Of a stretch of DNA of 64,000 nt, positions 1 to 9,907 are shown piece by piece; position 1 is the stretch's first letter; each line of letters opens with the position of its first letter. Under the pieces are notes generated by a model. That model was given only the letters and a program-made list of their open reading frames with translations, did not search any database and was not told the DNA's origin. Origin of the DNA: Eubacteriales bacterium (GTDB taxonomy: Bacteria; Bacillota; Clostridia; Oscillospirales; CAG-272). Made by a program: the position numbers and the translations under genes. The stretch covers positions 3,249 to 67,248 of the forward strand of contig JAZULS010000046.1 in the NCBI GenBank assembly GCA_045603205.1. The letters run 5' to 3'.

Positions 1-363
1 GCGTCTGTCCAGAAAGAGGCGGTCCTTTCTAAGATCGAAGGTCTTGATACCCTTGAGGATGCGATCACCTGGAAGGGCAGAGAGCTTTACGCCGACAGAG
101 CGGATTTTAACCTTGAAGACGGCGGCTTCTTCGTGGCTGACATTATCGGACTTGACGTTCTTGATTTCGAGACCGGAGAGAAGATCGGCTTTGTCAAGGA
201 AGTCCTCACAGGCAGGATTCAGGATATTTTCGTAATTCAGGACGTCAGAGGAGGCTCATTTATGCTCCCGAGAGTAGACGAATTCGTAAAAAGCGTAACC
301 GTAGAGGGAGACGCTCCCTGTGTAAAGGTGACCCTCATTGAAGGAATCAGAGGAGACGCGTAA
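1..363 (+). CDS. rimM: 16S rRNA processing protein RimM, C-terminal part (5' end lies outside the window)
   Basis: Frame 1 is open from nt 1. The translation ...ELYADRADFNLEDGGFFVADIIGLDVLDFETGEKIGFVKEVL...IFVIQD looks like the PRC-barrel C-terminal half of RimM. It sits directly upstream of trmD, as in the conserved operon. Confidence 0.8.
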   Translation, partial: ASVQKEAVLSKIEGLDTLEDAITWKGRELYADRADFNLEDGGFFVADIIGLDVLDFETGEKIGFVKEVLTGRIQDIFVIQDVRGGSFMLPRVDEFVKSVTVEGDAPCVKVTLIEGIRGDA

Positions 364-367
364 GTAT

Positions 368-1060
368 ATGAATATTGATATAATGACCCTCTTTCCCGAG
401 TTTGTTGACGGAATTTTATCCGAAAGCATCATCGGCAGGGCGAGACGGGCGGAAAAACTTGACATCAAGACTCACAATATAAGAGATTATTCCGAGGACA
501 AGCACCGCAGAGTGGACGACACTCCCTATGGCGGCGGCAAGGGTATGCTTATGGCGGCACCGCCCATTTACCGTTGCTACAGCGCAATTCGTGATCTGCG
601 TGGATACGCTGACGGCGACAATTTCAAATGCGTCTATATGTCCCCCCGCGGAAAAATTTTAAATCAAGGTGTCGCGGAAGAGTATTCAAAGCTCGACGGG
701 CTCATAATCCTTTGCGGTCACTACGAGGGCGTAGACGAGCGTATAATTGAAGAGATCGTTGATGCTGAAGTTTCAATTGGCGACTTTGTTCTCACGGGCG
801 GAGAACTTCCTGCTTGTATTTTAGCCGATGCTGTGGGCAGACTCGTTGACGGTGTGCTGGCTGACCCCGAGTGCCACGAAAAAGAGTCGTTTTCATCGGG
901 ACTTCTTGAGTACCCTCAGTACACCAGACCCTTTGAGTTCCACGGAAAAACGGTGCCCGAAGTTCTCATCTCCGGACACCATGAAAATATTGAAAAGTGG
1001 AGACATGAACGCTCCCTTGAGATAACGAGAGAACGTCGCCCCGACCTGCTTGTGAAGTGA
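368..1060 (+). CDS. trmD: tRNA (guanine37-N1)-methyltransferase TrmD
   Basis: The ORF track gives 338..1060. The ATG at 368 gives the typical N-terminus MNIDIMTLFPEF. TrmD-like motifs are present: DDTPYGGGKGM, ILCGHYEGVDERI and LLEYPQYTRP. Confidence 0.93.
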   Translation: MNIDIMTLFPEFVDGILSESIIGRARRAEKLDIKTHNIRDYSEDKHRRVDDTPYGGGKGMLMAAPPIYRCYSAIRDLRGYADGDNFKCVYMSPRGKILNQGVAEEYSKLDGLIILCGHYEGVDERIIEEIVDAEVSIGDFVLTGGELPACILADAVGRLVDGVLADPECHEKESFSSGLLEYPQYTRPFEFHGKTVPEVLISGHHENIEKWRHERSLEITRERRPDLLVK

Positions 1061-1061
1061 G

Positions 1062-1625
1062 TTAAGCTCCACCCGTAAAATCTATTATCCCGTTTGCGAT
1101 TCCAGTCGCAAAGAGTCCCGGCTGTGCGGTCATCAACGCTGCATCTCCGGGATTTGTTATGAAGCCGATCTCAACAAGCACGGCAGGCATCTGAGTTTTT
1201 CTCAGAACGTAGAGTGAGGGACGGGCAAAGACACCTCTGTTTCGAAGTCCCGTGGCATCCGTGAGGCTTGACAGTATATCCGAAGCGAGAGACGCCGCAC
1301 GGGACCCTTTTCTGTAGACGTAAGCCTCTGAGCCCGATGCTGAACTGCTTGCTGCGGCGTTTGTATGTATGCTTATAAAATAATCCGCTCCCCAGGAGTT
1401 GGCGTCGTTTGTTCTTGCGGCAAGGGAAGTGGCGTTTGACGTGCCGAGCTGAGTAGTGGGCGTCGGTCGGGATAACCTCACCTCGTATCCCGCGTTTCGA
1501 AGAATTGTGGCAAGGCGTGTGCCTACTTCGTATGTGATGTCTTGCTCCCTGACTCCGTTTCCTTCGGCTCCTGCGTTTGGGTTTCTCGGATTGTGCCCTT
1601 GATCTATGTAAATCTTAGTTGCCAT
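1062..1625 (-). CDS. N-acetylmuramoyl-L-alanine amidase (Amidase_3 / CwlD-like catalytic domain only)
   Basis: 187 aa. IYIDQGHN...AGAEG..E, FISIHTNA and AVLVEIGFITNPGDA are typical Amidase_3 zinc-ligand and fold motifs. I see no signal peptide or wall-binding repeats. Confidence 0.8.
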   Translation of the reverse strand: MATKIYIDQGHNPRNPNAGAEGNGVREQDITYEVGTRLATILRNAGYEVRLSRPTPTTQLGTSNATSLAARTNDANSWGADYFISIHTNAAASSSASGSEAYVYRKGSRAASLASDILSSLTDATGLRNRGVFARPSLYVLRKTQMPAVLVEIGFITNPGDAALMTAQPGLFATGIANGIIDFTGGA

Positions 1626-1710
1626 ACAGACTTTTCTCCTTGTAAAATATCATTCACACTATTATATTCTGCAGAATTTACTTTGTTACCCGTAAAAGTG
1701 AGGATCAAAA

Positions 1711-2439
1711 ATGAACGAACTTCAAAAAATACTCAGTCCCATGCGACGGGCCGTTGAAAAATACGGAATGATCGAAAAGGGCGACAAAATTGCCGTCGGT
1801 GTTTCCGGCGGAAAGGATTCTCTCGTGCTCCTTTCAGCTCTTGCTGTAATGCGCCGTTTTGCTGAGTTTTCCTACGACATAGTTGCGGTGACGGTGGATA
1901 ACGGTTTCGAAAACGCTTCCCCCGACTATTTTGATGAAGTAACAAAATTTTGTTCTTCCCTCGGCGTAGAACACAGGATAATAAAAACGGATATAGCGAA
2001 GATAGTCTTCGAGCATCACGCAGACGAAAAGCCCTGTAGCCTCTGTGCAAGCCTCAGACGGGGTGCCCTTTACCGTGAAGCAGAAAGCCTTGGATGTACC
2101 GCTATCGCCCTTGGACACCATCTGGACGACGTCTGCGAGACATATATAATGAATATTATGATGACGGGTAGAGCAGGGTGCTTTTCTCCCAAAACTACTT
2201 ACGACAACAGCCCGGTGAAGGTTATACGTCCCCTTGTTTATACGAGGGAAGGACTCATTGACAGATGTGCGAAAAACCTCAACGTTCCGGTGACACCTAA
2301 AATATGTCCCGTAGACGGTGAGACCGAGAGGGAACATTTCAAAGAACTTCTGAGAAGTGAGGACAGACGTCACAGAGGACTTTACAATCGTATCCTTGTG
2401 GCGCTTGAACGTTCTGAGGCCGACGGCTGGCGAAGCTGA
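1711..2439 (+). CDS. PP-loop ATPase, TtcA-like tRNA 2-thiocytidine synthetase family
   Basis: 242 aa. It has the PP-loop SGGKDS, then CSLCASLRRG and a GHHLDD motif typical of the TtcA/TilS-type ATP pyrophosphatase family. Confidence 0.7.
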   Translation: MNELQKILSPMRRAVEKYGMIEKGDKIAVGVSGGKDSLVLLSALAVMRRFAEFSYDIVAVTVDNGFENASPDYFDEVTKFCSSLGVEHRIIKTDIAKIVFEHHADEKPCSLCASLRRGALYREAESLGCTAIALGHHLDDVCETYIMNIMMTGRAGCFSPKTTYDNSPVKVIRPLVYTREGLIDRCAKNLNVPVTPKICPVDGETEREHFKELLRSEDRRHRGLYNRILVALERSEADGWRS

Positions 2440-2503
2440 TACGAATATCCACGGATACCGAAGCATAACCTGTAGTGTAAAACTAAAGCTTATGCGAGGC
2501 AAT

Positions 2504-2980
2504 ATGAAAAGACTGATCCGTGAGGTGACAATTATTACGCAAAACGCGAAAAAGCTCCTTATTATAACTCTGAGCTTTGCCTTGTTCGGCGTTCTTGTCT
2601 GGTGTACCACCGATGGCATAGCGTATTTATGGAGAACCAGCGTAAAGCCGCCTTTTTGCGTGCCTCTGCCCCTGCTTTTTGTGTTTTGGGTGGCGGCATA
2701 CTTACTATACGGAGTAATGCTTTCCGCGAATTTATACGTAAACGTGGACGAATCCGCCTTAAAACTCACGCTATCGTATCTCATAAGCCTTTTTTGGTGT
2801 CCTTTGGCGCTGTCTGCCGCTTCAAAGGTTGCCGCCGTGGCTTCTCTTGTGATCTCACTTGTGTACCTTCTGATTTTTATAAAAAATCGCCGAAGTTTTT
2901 CGCTGATCACGTGTATATCCGCCGCATATATCTTTCTCGTTCAGCTTTACAGTGCCTATATAACTGTGGGCATATGTTGA
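2504..2980 (+). CDS. Multi-pass membrane protein, possibly divergent TspO/MBR family
   Basis: This is the downstream part of ORF 2357..2980. The start is placed at ATG 2504 (or 2492), after the ttcA-like stop at 2439. There are about 5 hydrophobic segments. The segment VKPPFCVPLPLLFVFWVAAYLLYGVML resembles the TspO K-P-x-x-x-P-P...F..W..LY..M pattern. Confidence 0.4.
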   Translation: MKRLIREVTIITQNAKKLLIITLSFALFGVLVWCTTDGIAYLWRTSVKPPFCVPLPLLFVFWVAAYLLYGVMLSANLYVNVDESALKLTLSYLISLFWCPLALSAASKVAAVASLVISLVYLLIFIKNRRSFSLITCISAAYIFLVQLYSAYITVGIC

Positions 2981-3025
2981 AAAACGGATTTGCCAATGCT
3001 TTTTTTGTTTATTCTATATAAACTA

Positions 3026-3054
3026 TTGACAAAAATCGAATATTGACTTATAAT
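3026..3054 (+). promoter_or_regulatory. Sigma-A type promoter (TTGACA-17-TATAAT) for the DUF4430-like gene
   Basis: TTGACA at 3026-3031, a 17-nt spacer, and TATAAT at 3049-3054, about 37 nt upstream of ATG 3091. Confidence 0.7.
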
Positions 3055-3090
3055 AAACACAGTAATTATTTTACTTGTTCGGAGGAAAAT

Positions 3091-3558
3091 ATGAAAATCC
3101 TGAAAATCGTGTCTTGCGTATTAGTTCTCGTACTTATGTCCGTTGTGCTTCCTTCCTGTGCGGAGGTAGTTACCGTTAACGATGTATCCTTTGCTGCTAT
3201 CGTTCTCGATACCGAAGGAAATAAGGAACTTCTCGTTCCCGTGCTTCAGAGCAACATCAACGGTACTGCGGAAGATATGCCCACAGTTCTCGACGCTGTA
3301 ATCCAGCTTCTTGAGGAAAACGGTGTGCCTTACAAGTCTGACGGAGAGGCTATTACCAAGATCAAGAATAAAGAAGAGAGAAGTATCGACGGCTACTTCT
3401 ATGTATGGGAATACAAGATCAACGGCGAGGCTCCCGTAGGCGAGCGTGCATTCGAGATCGAAGTTAAGGAAGGCGACCATATCGTATACTACTTCACACC
3501 TGCTGAGGACACAACAGCAAGTGAGGGCGGCGAAGAGACGACCGCTGCAGTTGAATAA
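3091..3558 (+). CDS. Secreted protein or lipoprotein, DUF4430-like
   Basis: The ORF track gives 3043..3558. ATG 3091 follows the RBS GGAGGA and gives the signal peptide MKILKIVSCVLVLVLMSVVLPSC. The C-terminal part GYFYVWEYKINGE...VKEGDHIVYYF resembles DUF4430. Confidence 0.5.
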   Translation: MKILKIVSCVLVLVLMSVVLPSCAEVVTVNDVSFAAIVLDTEGNKELLVPVLQSNINGTAEDMPTVLDAVIQLLEENGVPYKSDGEAITKIKNKEERSIDGYFYVWEYKINGEAPVGERAFEIEVKEGDHIVYYFTPAEDTTASEGGEETTAAVE

Positions 3559-3569
3559 GACTAAAATTA

Positions 3570-3597
3570 AAAGCACCGATCTTCGGTGCTTTTTTAC
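3570..3597. terminator. Bidirectional rho-independent terminator between convergent genes
   Basis: Hairpin AGCACCG-atctt-CGGTGCT, flanked by an A-run on the left and a T-run on the right. A second hairpin AATTAAGACCA/TGGTCTTAATT lies at 3604-3638. Confidence 0.8.
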
Positions 3598-3701
3598 TGA
3601 AATAATTAAGACCACCGGTCGAGCCGATGGTCTTAATTATTTAGAAGAATCTAAAACTTTACTTATTCATTAAACCACAGAGATTCAATTACTCTCCCTC
3701 A

Positions 3702-4643
3702 TCAATCACAACAAGGGTCTTCCTTTATTTCAGGAGCCTCTGCGGGAGCTTCCTTTGTTACGTCGCCGATGCCCGCGGTCTCAGAGAAGAGTACGTTTGC
3801 TTTAACGGCCTGAACTGCATCTGTGGGAATGATGATCTTCGCTGCTTTTCCGTCCGCAAGTTTGATAAGAGCCTCATATTTCTTGAGTTCCAGTACGGAA
3901 GCATCAGCTCCTGCCTCGCGGAGAAGGGCAAGACCTTTTGCCTCAGCCTCTTTTGCAAGGTAGATAGCCTGTGCTTCACCTTCTGCTCTTGCGATTCTCG
4001 CGTCGCGTTCACCTTCCGCTGCAAGGATCATTGCCTGCTTTTCACCCTCTGCTCTCGTGATGGAAGCCGCCTTGTGACCTTCAGCCTGAAGAAGAGTTTC
4101 ACGTCTGTCACGCTCTGCCTTCATCTGCTTTTCCATAGCGTTCTGGATCTCTGTCGGGGGAATGATGTTCTTAAGCTCAACTCGGTTGACCTTGATGCCC
4201 CACTGGTCAGTAGCGTCGTCCAGAATGGCTGTCATCTTACCGTTGATGGTGTCGCGGGATGTGAGAGTACCGTCAAGCTCAAGCTCACCTACAAGGTTAC
4301 GAAGTGTGGTAGCAGTGAGGTTCTCAAGAGCGTTGATGGGATTTACCGCACCGTAGGTAAAGAGCTTCGCGTCAAAAATACGGAAGAACACCACCGTGTC
4401 GATCTGCATTGTTACGTTATCCTTTGTGATAACGGGCTGCGGGGGAGAGTCAATTACCTGCTCCTTCAGTGTGATGCGGTTAGCCACTCTTTCGAGAAGC
4501 GGTATCTTCATATGAATACCTGCGCTCCACGTAGTCCTGTACTTGCCCAGAAACTCTATAACGAATTCCGTTGCCTGGGGGACGATTCTGATACATGAGA
4601 GCAGAATCAGAATCACAATTCCTGCAATAATGCCGTATAACAT
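3702..4643 (-). CDS. SPFH/band-7 (stomatin/prohibitin-like) membrane protein
   Basis: 313 aa with an N-terminal TM helix, then the SPFH core (VPQATEFVIEFLGKY...ITKDNV...IDTVVFFRI) and a C-terminal Ala/Glu-rich coiled region. Confidence 0.85.
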   Translation of the reverse strand: MLYGIIAGIVILILLSCIRIVPQATEFVIEFLGKYRTTWSAGIHMKIPLLERVANRITLKEQVIDSPPQPVITKDNVTMQIDTVVFFRIFDAKLFTYGAVNPINALENLTATTLRNLVGELELDGTLTSRDTINGKMTAILDDATDQWGIKVNRVELKNIIPPTEIQNAMEKQMKAERDRRETLLQAEGHKAASITRAEGEKQAMILAAEGERDARIARAEGEAQAIYLAKEAEAKGLALLREAGADASVLELKKYEALIKLADGKAAKIIIPTDAVQAVKANVLFSETAGIGDVTKEAPAEAPEIKEDPCCD

Positions 4644-4696
4644 AAAATTTACCTGCCTTTCGCTTTATTATATTAATTTGTATTGCTTATTATTTC

Positions 4697-5935
4697 TCAA
4701 GACTCAACTATCATTCGCGCCTCGAGGTAATATCTTTTGCTTCTTGCATCACCCATCGAAAAAGTCTTCCTGGGCATGGGACCGTTTTTAATAAATTCAA
4801 ACAGCTTTGACTTGTCAAATCCGTCGAACATAAAGGCGACGGATTTTTCGTCAGATGCCAGAATACGAAGCTCTTCCTCACCGTGGATATAGTCGCATAA
4901 GACACCTTCGTGGGACGCTATGTACTCGTCAATAAAATTCTGCAGAGTACCCACGGTCATGTCGTGACTTATATCTGTGAAGTGACGTACACCCTCAAAA
5001 CTTGACGTGATAACACGAATGTCTTGTCCACCGTCACCTTCAGCCGTAACAGCGTTAAGCTCTGAGAGAAAGTTTTTCACGTCAACGTTTTTGACTATTC
5101 TGTGGATCGGCTCGAACACTACAGCCGCGTCGGAAATGGAGATAATTTCGCACAGCGCGTATCTTGCAGGGTGATTGAGCGCCGCTTCTCCAAGTCTTGC
5201 CTTAACGGAATCGTAAAGTGACTTCGCTGCCGCAAGAGAGTGGTTTCCGTCACCTACCGCATAAGGAAGGGGAACCGCTTTTTCGTTTGCACGGATAATC
5301 TCACTCAGTTTTTCTGCCACGTCTCCGCTAAAGTATATCCCCTTGATGTGACCGCCGCCCTCCATCAGATCAAAGTCGTAGACTACTTTGCCGCGTGGGA
5401 TAAGCTCCATCGCCTTTCCGAAGACGCCAATCCTGTCATCAACGAATACCATAGCGTGAGGCAGTTCAATAGCGGCTTTGGCACGGAGCGCGCTTCTCGG
5501 AGGAATTCGCTCGGGCACGGTCTGCTCGGTTGCGCGGATGGGAGAGGTGGAGTCGGGACTGTAGTCGTATGATTCAAGGTCGACTTTTCCGAGAATACCT
5601 CGTCTTACGGCGCCGTCTGAGAGCGTACGTTCAATGAATATGAATCCATTCAGCGCGGAACTCGTGAACAGGGGAGAAGTTTTAACGTTCTTCATCTTGT
5701 CTTCGAAGGCACATACCTTTGCCGCTTCTCTCGGGGTCTCGAGGTATGCTTCGGGTAAAATATAGTCGTATGTAGAGGGAGCGGAGCCAACAAAAGCTTC
5801 AACGCGCTCCCAATAAGAGACGTCGGAAGTGAACTGGTCACAGGCGATAACTGCCCATTTTTTGAAGTCTTCGCTTGAAGAATCAAAGCTCGGCAACAGT
5901 ATATCCGAGGGGGAAAAAATCTGCTTGTCTGTCAT
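4697..5935 (-). CDS. DUF1015 family protein
   Basis: The ORF track gives 4697..5986. The internal ATG at 5935 (MTDKQIF...) is a more plausible start than the basic 17-aa extension. Length of about 412 aa and overall pattern match my recollection of DUF1015 proteins. Confidence 0.55.
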   Translation of the reverse strand: MTDKQIFSPSDILLPSFDSSSEDFKKWAVIACDQFTSDVSYWERVEAFVGSAPSTYDYILPEAYLETPREAAKVCAFEDKMKNVKTSPLFTSSALNGFIFIERTLSDGAVRRGILGKVDLESYDYSPDSTSPIRATEQTVPERIPPRSALRAKAAIELPHAMVFVDDRIGVFGKAMELIPRGKVVYDFDLMEGGGHIKGIYFSGDVAEKLSEIIRANEKAVPLPYAVGDGNHSLAAAKSLYDSVKARLGEAALNHPARYALCEIISISDAAVVFEPIHRIVKNVDVKNFLSELNAVTAEGDGGQDIRVITSSFEGVRHFTDISHDMTVGTLQNFIDEYIASHEGVLCDYIHGEEELRILASDEKSVAFMFDGFDKSKLFEFIKNGPMPRKTFSMGDARSKRYYLEARMIVES

Positions 5936-6068
5936 TTTGGTAACCTTTCGGGGATCCCGCCGGGTCAAGGGGGATTTTCTACTCATATTATAACTTAGAG
6001 AAGGAAATTTGTCAATTAGATACGGGAAACACTTCTGTAAAAAGCGACATTATTTGTAAAAAAAGATA

Positions 6069-6097
6069 TTGACATTTCACTTCGTGTCAAATATAAT
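6069..6097 (+). promoter_or_regulatory. Sigma-A type promoter (TTGACA-17-TATAAT) for aspartate kinase
   Basis: TTGACA at 6069-6074, a 17-nt spacer, and TATAAT at 6092-6097. No riboswitch-like structure fits in the short leader. Confidence 0.75.
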
Positions 6098-6132
6098 ATA
6101 CCTTGTATTTTTGTCTTTAGGAGTAAAATAAA

Positions 6133-7485
6133 GTGAATACTGAAAATATAAATAATTGTGAAAAGTTAAACGAACTGAAGGTAGTAAAATTCGGCGGAAG
6201 CTCCCTTGCAGACGCTGAACAGTTCAAGAAGGTAAAGGCTATCATCACTGCCGAACCCTCAAGAAGATACGTGGTACCTTCCGCTCCAGGCAAGCGCTTC
6301 AAGGAGGACGACAAGGTTACCGACCTTCTCTACGAATGCTATAACCTTTCCGCAAGGGGAGAGTCCATCGACGAGGTGTTTGGTAAGATCATCGACCGCT
6401 ACGATTCTATTGTGAACAGCCTTAATCTTGATCTCGACCTTTCCGACGAGTATCTCCACATCAAGTGGTCCATCAAGCATCATGCAGGTCGTGACTACGC
6501 AGCAAGCCGCGGAGAATACCTTAACGGTAAGATCCTTGCTGAATATATCGGCTACGACTTTGTTGATCCTACCATGTATATCAAGTTTGCCGATAACGGC
6601 GTTTTCGATTCCGAGATCACCAACAATCTTCTCGGAACCGAGCTAAAAAAGCACAAGCGTGCTGTTATCCCCGGCTTCTACGGCTCCATGCCCAACGGAA
6701 CAATCAAGACCTTCTCAAGAGGCGGTTCCGATATCACAGGCTCCATCGTTGCAAGAGCGGCAGTGGCTGATATTTACGAAAACTGGACCGACGTTGACGG
6801 CTTCCTTATGGCTGACCCGAGAATCGTTGAGTCTCCGAAGCCTATTGATACTATCACCTACAAAGAGCTTCGCGAGCTTTCCTATATGGGTGCAGGCGTT
6901 CTTCATGAGGATTCCATCTTCCCCGTAAGAGTTGCAGGTATTCCGATCAACATCAGAAACACCAACAACCCCGCAAGTCCCGGAACCTATATAGTTGCCG
7001 AGACTGACAAGTTCGATACCGATAACATTATCACCGGTATTGCAGGTAAGAAGGGCTTCTCCGTGCTCTCCATCGAAAAGGCGATGATGAACTCCGAAAT
7101 GGGATTCGGCAGAAAGGTCCTTGAAGCTGTTGAGAAAGAAGGAGTTTCCTTCGAGCACCTTCCTTCAAGCATCGACAGCATGTGCGTTGTTCTTAACACA
7201 AGCGAGGTAGAGGACGTAAAGGACAGGATCCTCAACAGAATCTGTACAACTACAAACCCCGACACCATATCCATCGAGGGTGGTCTTGCGCTTGTTGCGG
7301 TAGTTGGACGTGCCATGGTAAAGGCGAAGGGTACGGCTTACCGAGTATTCAAGGCTTGTGCCGAGAGCGACATCAACATCCGTATGATCGATCAGGGCTC
7401 ATCTGAGCTTAACATCATCATCGGTATTGACGAAAGCGACTTCGACAGAGCGATGAACGCCATCTACGCAGAGTTCTGTAAGTAA
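6133..7485 (+). CDS. lysC: Aspartate kinase
   Basis: 450 aa with a GTG start. VVKFGGSSLAD is the amino-acid kinase N-terminal motif, and C-terminal ACT-like repeats are present (ISIEGGLALVAVVG, NIRMIDQGSSELNI). Confidence 0.85.
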   Translation: MNTENINNCEKLNELKVVKFGGSSLADAEQFKKVKAIITAEPSRRYVVPSAPGKRFKEDDKVTDLLYECYNLSARGESIDEVFGKIIDRYDSIVNSLNLDLDLSDEYLHIKWSIKHHAGRDYAASRGEYLNGKILAEYIGYDFVDPTMYIKFADNGVFDSEITNNLLGTELKKHKRAVIPGFYGSMPNGTIKTFSRGGSDITGSIVARAAVADIYENWTDVDGFLMADPRIVESPKPIDTITYKELRELSYMGAGVLHEDSIFPVRVAGIPINIRNTNNPASPGTYIVAETDKFDTDNIITGIAGKKGFSVLSIEKAMMNSEMGFGRKVLEAVEKEGVSFEHLPSSIDSMCVVLNTSEVEDVKDRILNRICTTTNPDTISIEGGLALVAVVGRAMVKAKGTAYRVFKACAESDINIRMIDQGSSELNIIIGIDESDFDRAMNAIYAEFCK

Positions 7486-7504
7486 TCCCATAAAACAAAA
7501 TAAT

Positions 7505-7540
7505 AAGCTGCGGCGCACAAGGTGCAGTCGCAGCTTTTAA
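7505..7540. terminator. Bidirectional terminator between lysC and the HIT gene
   Basis: Hairpin AAGCTGCG...CGCAGCTT followed by TTTT on the plus strand and by ATTATTTTGTTTT on the minus strand. Confidence 0.8.
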
Positions 7541-7556
7541 TCTTATCAAGTTGTCC

Positions 7557-7895
7557 TTATCCAAGCTTCGGAGGCATCTTTTTGCCGCCGAGAATGTGGA
7601 AATGAGCATGGTGAACGCTCTGGCACCCGTCTGTACCAACGTTTGTAATGATGCGATAACCGTTTGTAAGACCTGCATCAGCGGCGATCTTGGGAATGCA
7701 CTCGAAAATACGCGCAATATATGCCGAATTATCTTCGCTTACCTTGTCAACGGACTCAATGTGAACCTTGGGAATAACGAGAATGTGAACGGGTGCTTCG
7801 GGATTGATGTCATTAAAAGCGAGGATCATATCGTCCTCATAAACCTTGCTTGAGGGTATAACACCTTCAACAATTTTGCAGAAAATGCAGTCCAT
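7557..7895 (-). CDS. HIT family (Hint-like) protein
   Basis: 112 aa starting MDCIFCKI, with the histidine triad HHAHFHILGG. Confidence 0.88.
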   Translation of the reverse strand: MDCIFCKIVEGVIPSSKVYEDDMILAFNDINPEAPVHILVIPKVHIESVDKVSEDNSAYIARIFECIPKIAADAGLTNGYRIITNVGTDGCQSVHHAHFHILGGKKMPPKLG

Positions 7896-8006
7896 ATAAG
7901 TCTCCTGTCTGCCGATTTGACGGCAAAAAATATTAATTTTCTATATATATCATAGCACAAACCCGAGTCTGAATCAAGACCCGAAGGGAAGTTTGGAGGG
8001 AAGGTT

Positions 8007-8816
8007 ATGAGAAAAAATTTTGATATTCACACCCATATATATCCTGAGAAAATCTCACAAAAGGCTACGGTGAACTTAGGCAAGTTTTACGATTTCAACG
8101 TGGACGGTCTCGGTACATACGCTGACCTTGAAAATGTAGGGGCGGCATCGGGAACGGAAGGGTTTCTTATCCTCGGCGTTGCCACAAATAAAAATCAGAT
8201 AACCAGCGTCAACGATTTTATCGCCGATACCGTAAATCTGTCCCGTTCAAGAGGATTCAAAACAGTTGGATTTATGGGTATTCATCAGGATTGTGAGGAT
8301 ATGGCTGCCGCTCTTGACCACGCCGTTTCCGTAGGACTTAAAGGAATAAAGATTCACCCGGATATTCAGGGCGTGGATATAGACGACCGCCGACTTTTGG
8401 AACTTTACTCACTTGTCGAAGGTAAAATGCCCATATACTTCCACATGGGAGATAACAGACCTCAGTATCAGTTTTCTACCCCTGCAAAGCTTGTAAAAAT
8501 TCTCGAAATGTTTCCTCGCCTTGAGGTAGTAGCGGCACATCTCGGAGGTTATCAGGTATGGGAAGACGCTTACCCTTTACTTGCAGGACGAGAAAACGTT
8601 TGGTACGACACCTCCAGCGCTCTTTGGGCGATGACTGCCGAATATGCGGACAAGCTCATCTCAAAGCTTGGCACTGAAAGACTCATGTTTGGTACAGATT
8701 ACCCTGTCAAGACTACCGCTGAGGAGCTTGCCAGAGTAGAAGCACTGACCCTTACCGAAAAACAGCTTGACGACGTGCTTTGGAACAACGCGGCACGTTT
8801 TCTTGGGATAGAGTAA
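8007..8816 (+). CDS. Amidohydrolase-2 family metal-dependent hydrolase (TIM barrel)
   Basis: 269 aa. FDIHTHIYPE at the N-terminus and GTDYP near the C-terminus are typical of the PF04909-type amidohydrolases. Confidence 0.65.
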   Translation: MRKNFDIHTHIYPEKISQKATVNLGKFYDFNVDGLGTYADLENVGAASGTEGFLILGVATNKNQITSVNDFIADTVNLSRSRGFKTVGFMGIHQDCEDMAAALDHAVSVGLKGIKIHPDIQGVDIDDRRLLELYSLVEGKMPIYFHMGDNRPQYQFSTPAKLVKILEMFPRLEVVAAHLGGYQVWEDAYPLLAGRENVWYDTSSALWAMTAEYADKLISKLGTERLMFGTDYPVKTTAEELARVEALTLTEKQLDDVLWNNAARFLGIE

Positions 8817-8817
8817 G

Positions 8818-9894
8818 ATGAAAACGCTGACTTATTGGGAAAAACTCAGCTCCGAAACACGACCGATCCTCCTTTACGGAACGGGCAACGGAGCTGACAA
8901 GATAATCGACGCCTGCGAGAAATATAACATAAAAATATCCGGCGTTTTTGCTTCCGACGGCTTTGTCAGAAACAGAGTTTTCAGAGAAATGCCCGTTATC
9001 TCCTACAGTCAGGTTAGGGAAGAGTATGGAGACGACATTGTGATCCTTCCTGCCTTCGGTTCAACGAGAGAGGAAGTCATCTCCTTCTTCCACGAGCTTG
9101 ACTCAAAACATACCGTTATAATTCCCGAAGTACCGCTTTATGGTAAGGGTATCTTCGACTCTGCATACCTGGAGTCTCACAGAAGCGATCTTGAGAGAGT
9201 ATATTCATACCTTTCCGATGACGAGTCAAGAGAAATATTCAAAGACGCTGTTATGTTCAGAATAACGGGGAACATAAAATATCTTGGAAGATGCGAAAGC
9301 ATGAGAGATACCATGGCAACTCTTGAGGGTTTTGAGAGAGTTGAAAGGGCTCTTGACGGCGGTGCATTCAAGGGAGACAGTACGGCTGATATGATCGCCT
9401 CTCTTCCGTCTCTTAGCTCCGTTATCGCTCTTGAGCCGGACCCGTCCACCTGCAAAAAACTCCGCGCCTTTGCAGAATCTAGCGAGGCGGAAGGCAAAGT
9501 CACCCCCGTTGAATGTGCACTTAGCGACAGAGTAGGTTTAGCTGCAAGTGTCGCTTCCGGAAGCCGCGGATCTGGCTTAGAAGGACGTAATCGCCGCGCT
9601 AAGAGTGTTGAAATAAGGCTCGATACCGTTGACAACATCCTTGACGGTGAAAGAATTGACTACATCAAGCTTGATGTGGAGGGTGAAGAAGCTGCCGCTA
9701 TCAGGGGAGCTGTCAATACTCTCGAAAAGTGGCGTCCTGCGGTGTCCGTGTCTCTTTACCACAGAACGGGGGATATTATATCCTTGCCGACGTGGCTAAA
9801 AAACACTTTCGGTGAATGTAGGATGTACCTCAGACGTCCGAGATGTCTTCCTATGTGGGACCTTAACCTTTACGTCTTTCCCGAAATCAAATAA
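8818..9894 (+). CDS. FkbM family methyltransferase
   Basis: 358 aa. The start is 1 nt after the preceding stop, so it is probably an operon. The C-terminal part IDYIKLDVEGEE..A..G is the FkbM signature as I remember it. Confidence 0.6.
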   Translation: MKTLTYWEKLSSETRPILLYGTGNGADKIIDACEKYNIKISGVFASDGFVRNRVFREMPVISYSQVREEYGDDIVILPAFGSTREEVISFFHELDSKHTVIIPEVPLYGKGIFDSAYLESHRSDLERVYSYLSDDESREIFKDAVMFRITGNIKYLGRCESMRDTMATLEGFERVERALDGGAFKGDSTADMIASLPSLSSVIALEPDPSTCKKLRAFAESSEAEGKVTPVECALSDRVGLAASVASGSRGSGLEGRNRRAKSVEIRLDTVDNILDGERIDYIKLDVEGEEAAAIRGAVNTLEKWRPAVSVSLYHRTGDIISLPTWLKNTFGECRMYLRRPRCLPMWDLNLYVFPEIK

Positions 9895-9907
9895 ATACGC
9901 GACAAAT

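Noticed and set aside
1834-2910. A 358-aa minus-strand ORF spans the ttcA-like gene and the downstream membrane-protein gene.
   Set aside because: It crosses an intergenic region and two well-supported plus-strand genes. It has no motifs and is most likely spurious.
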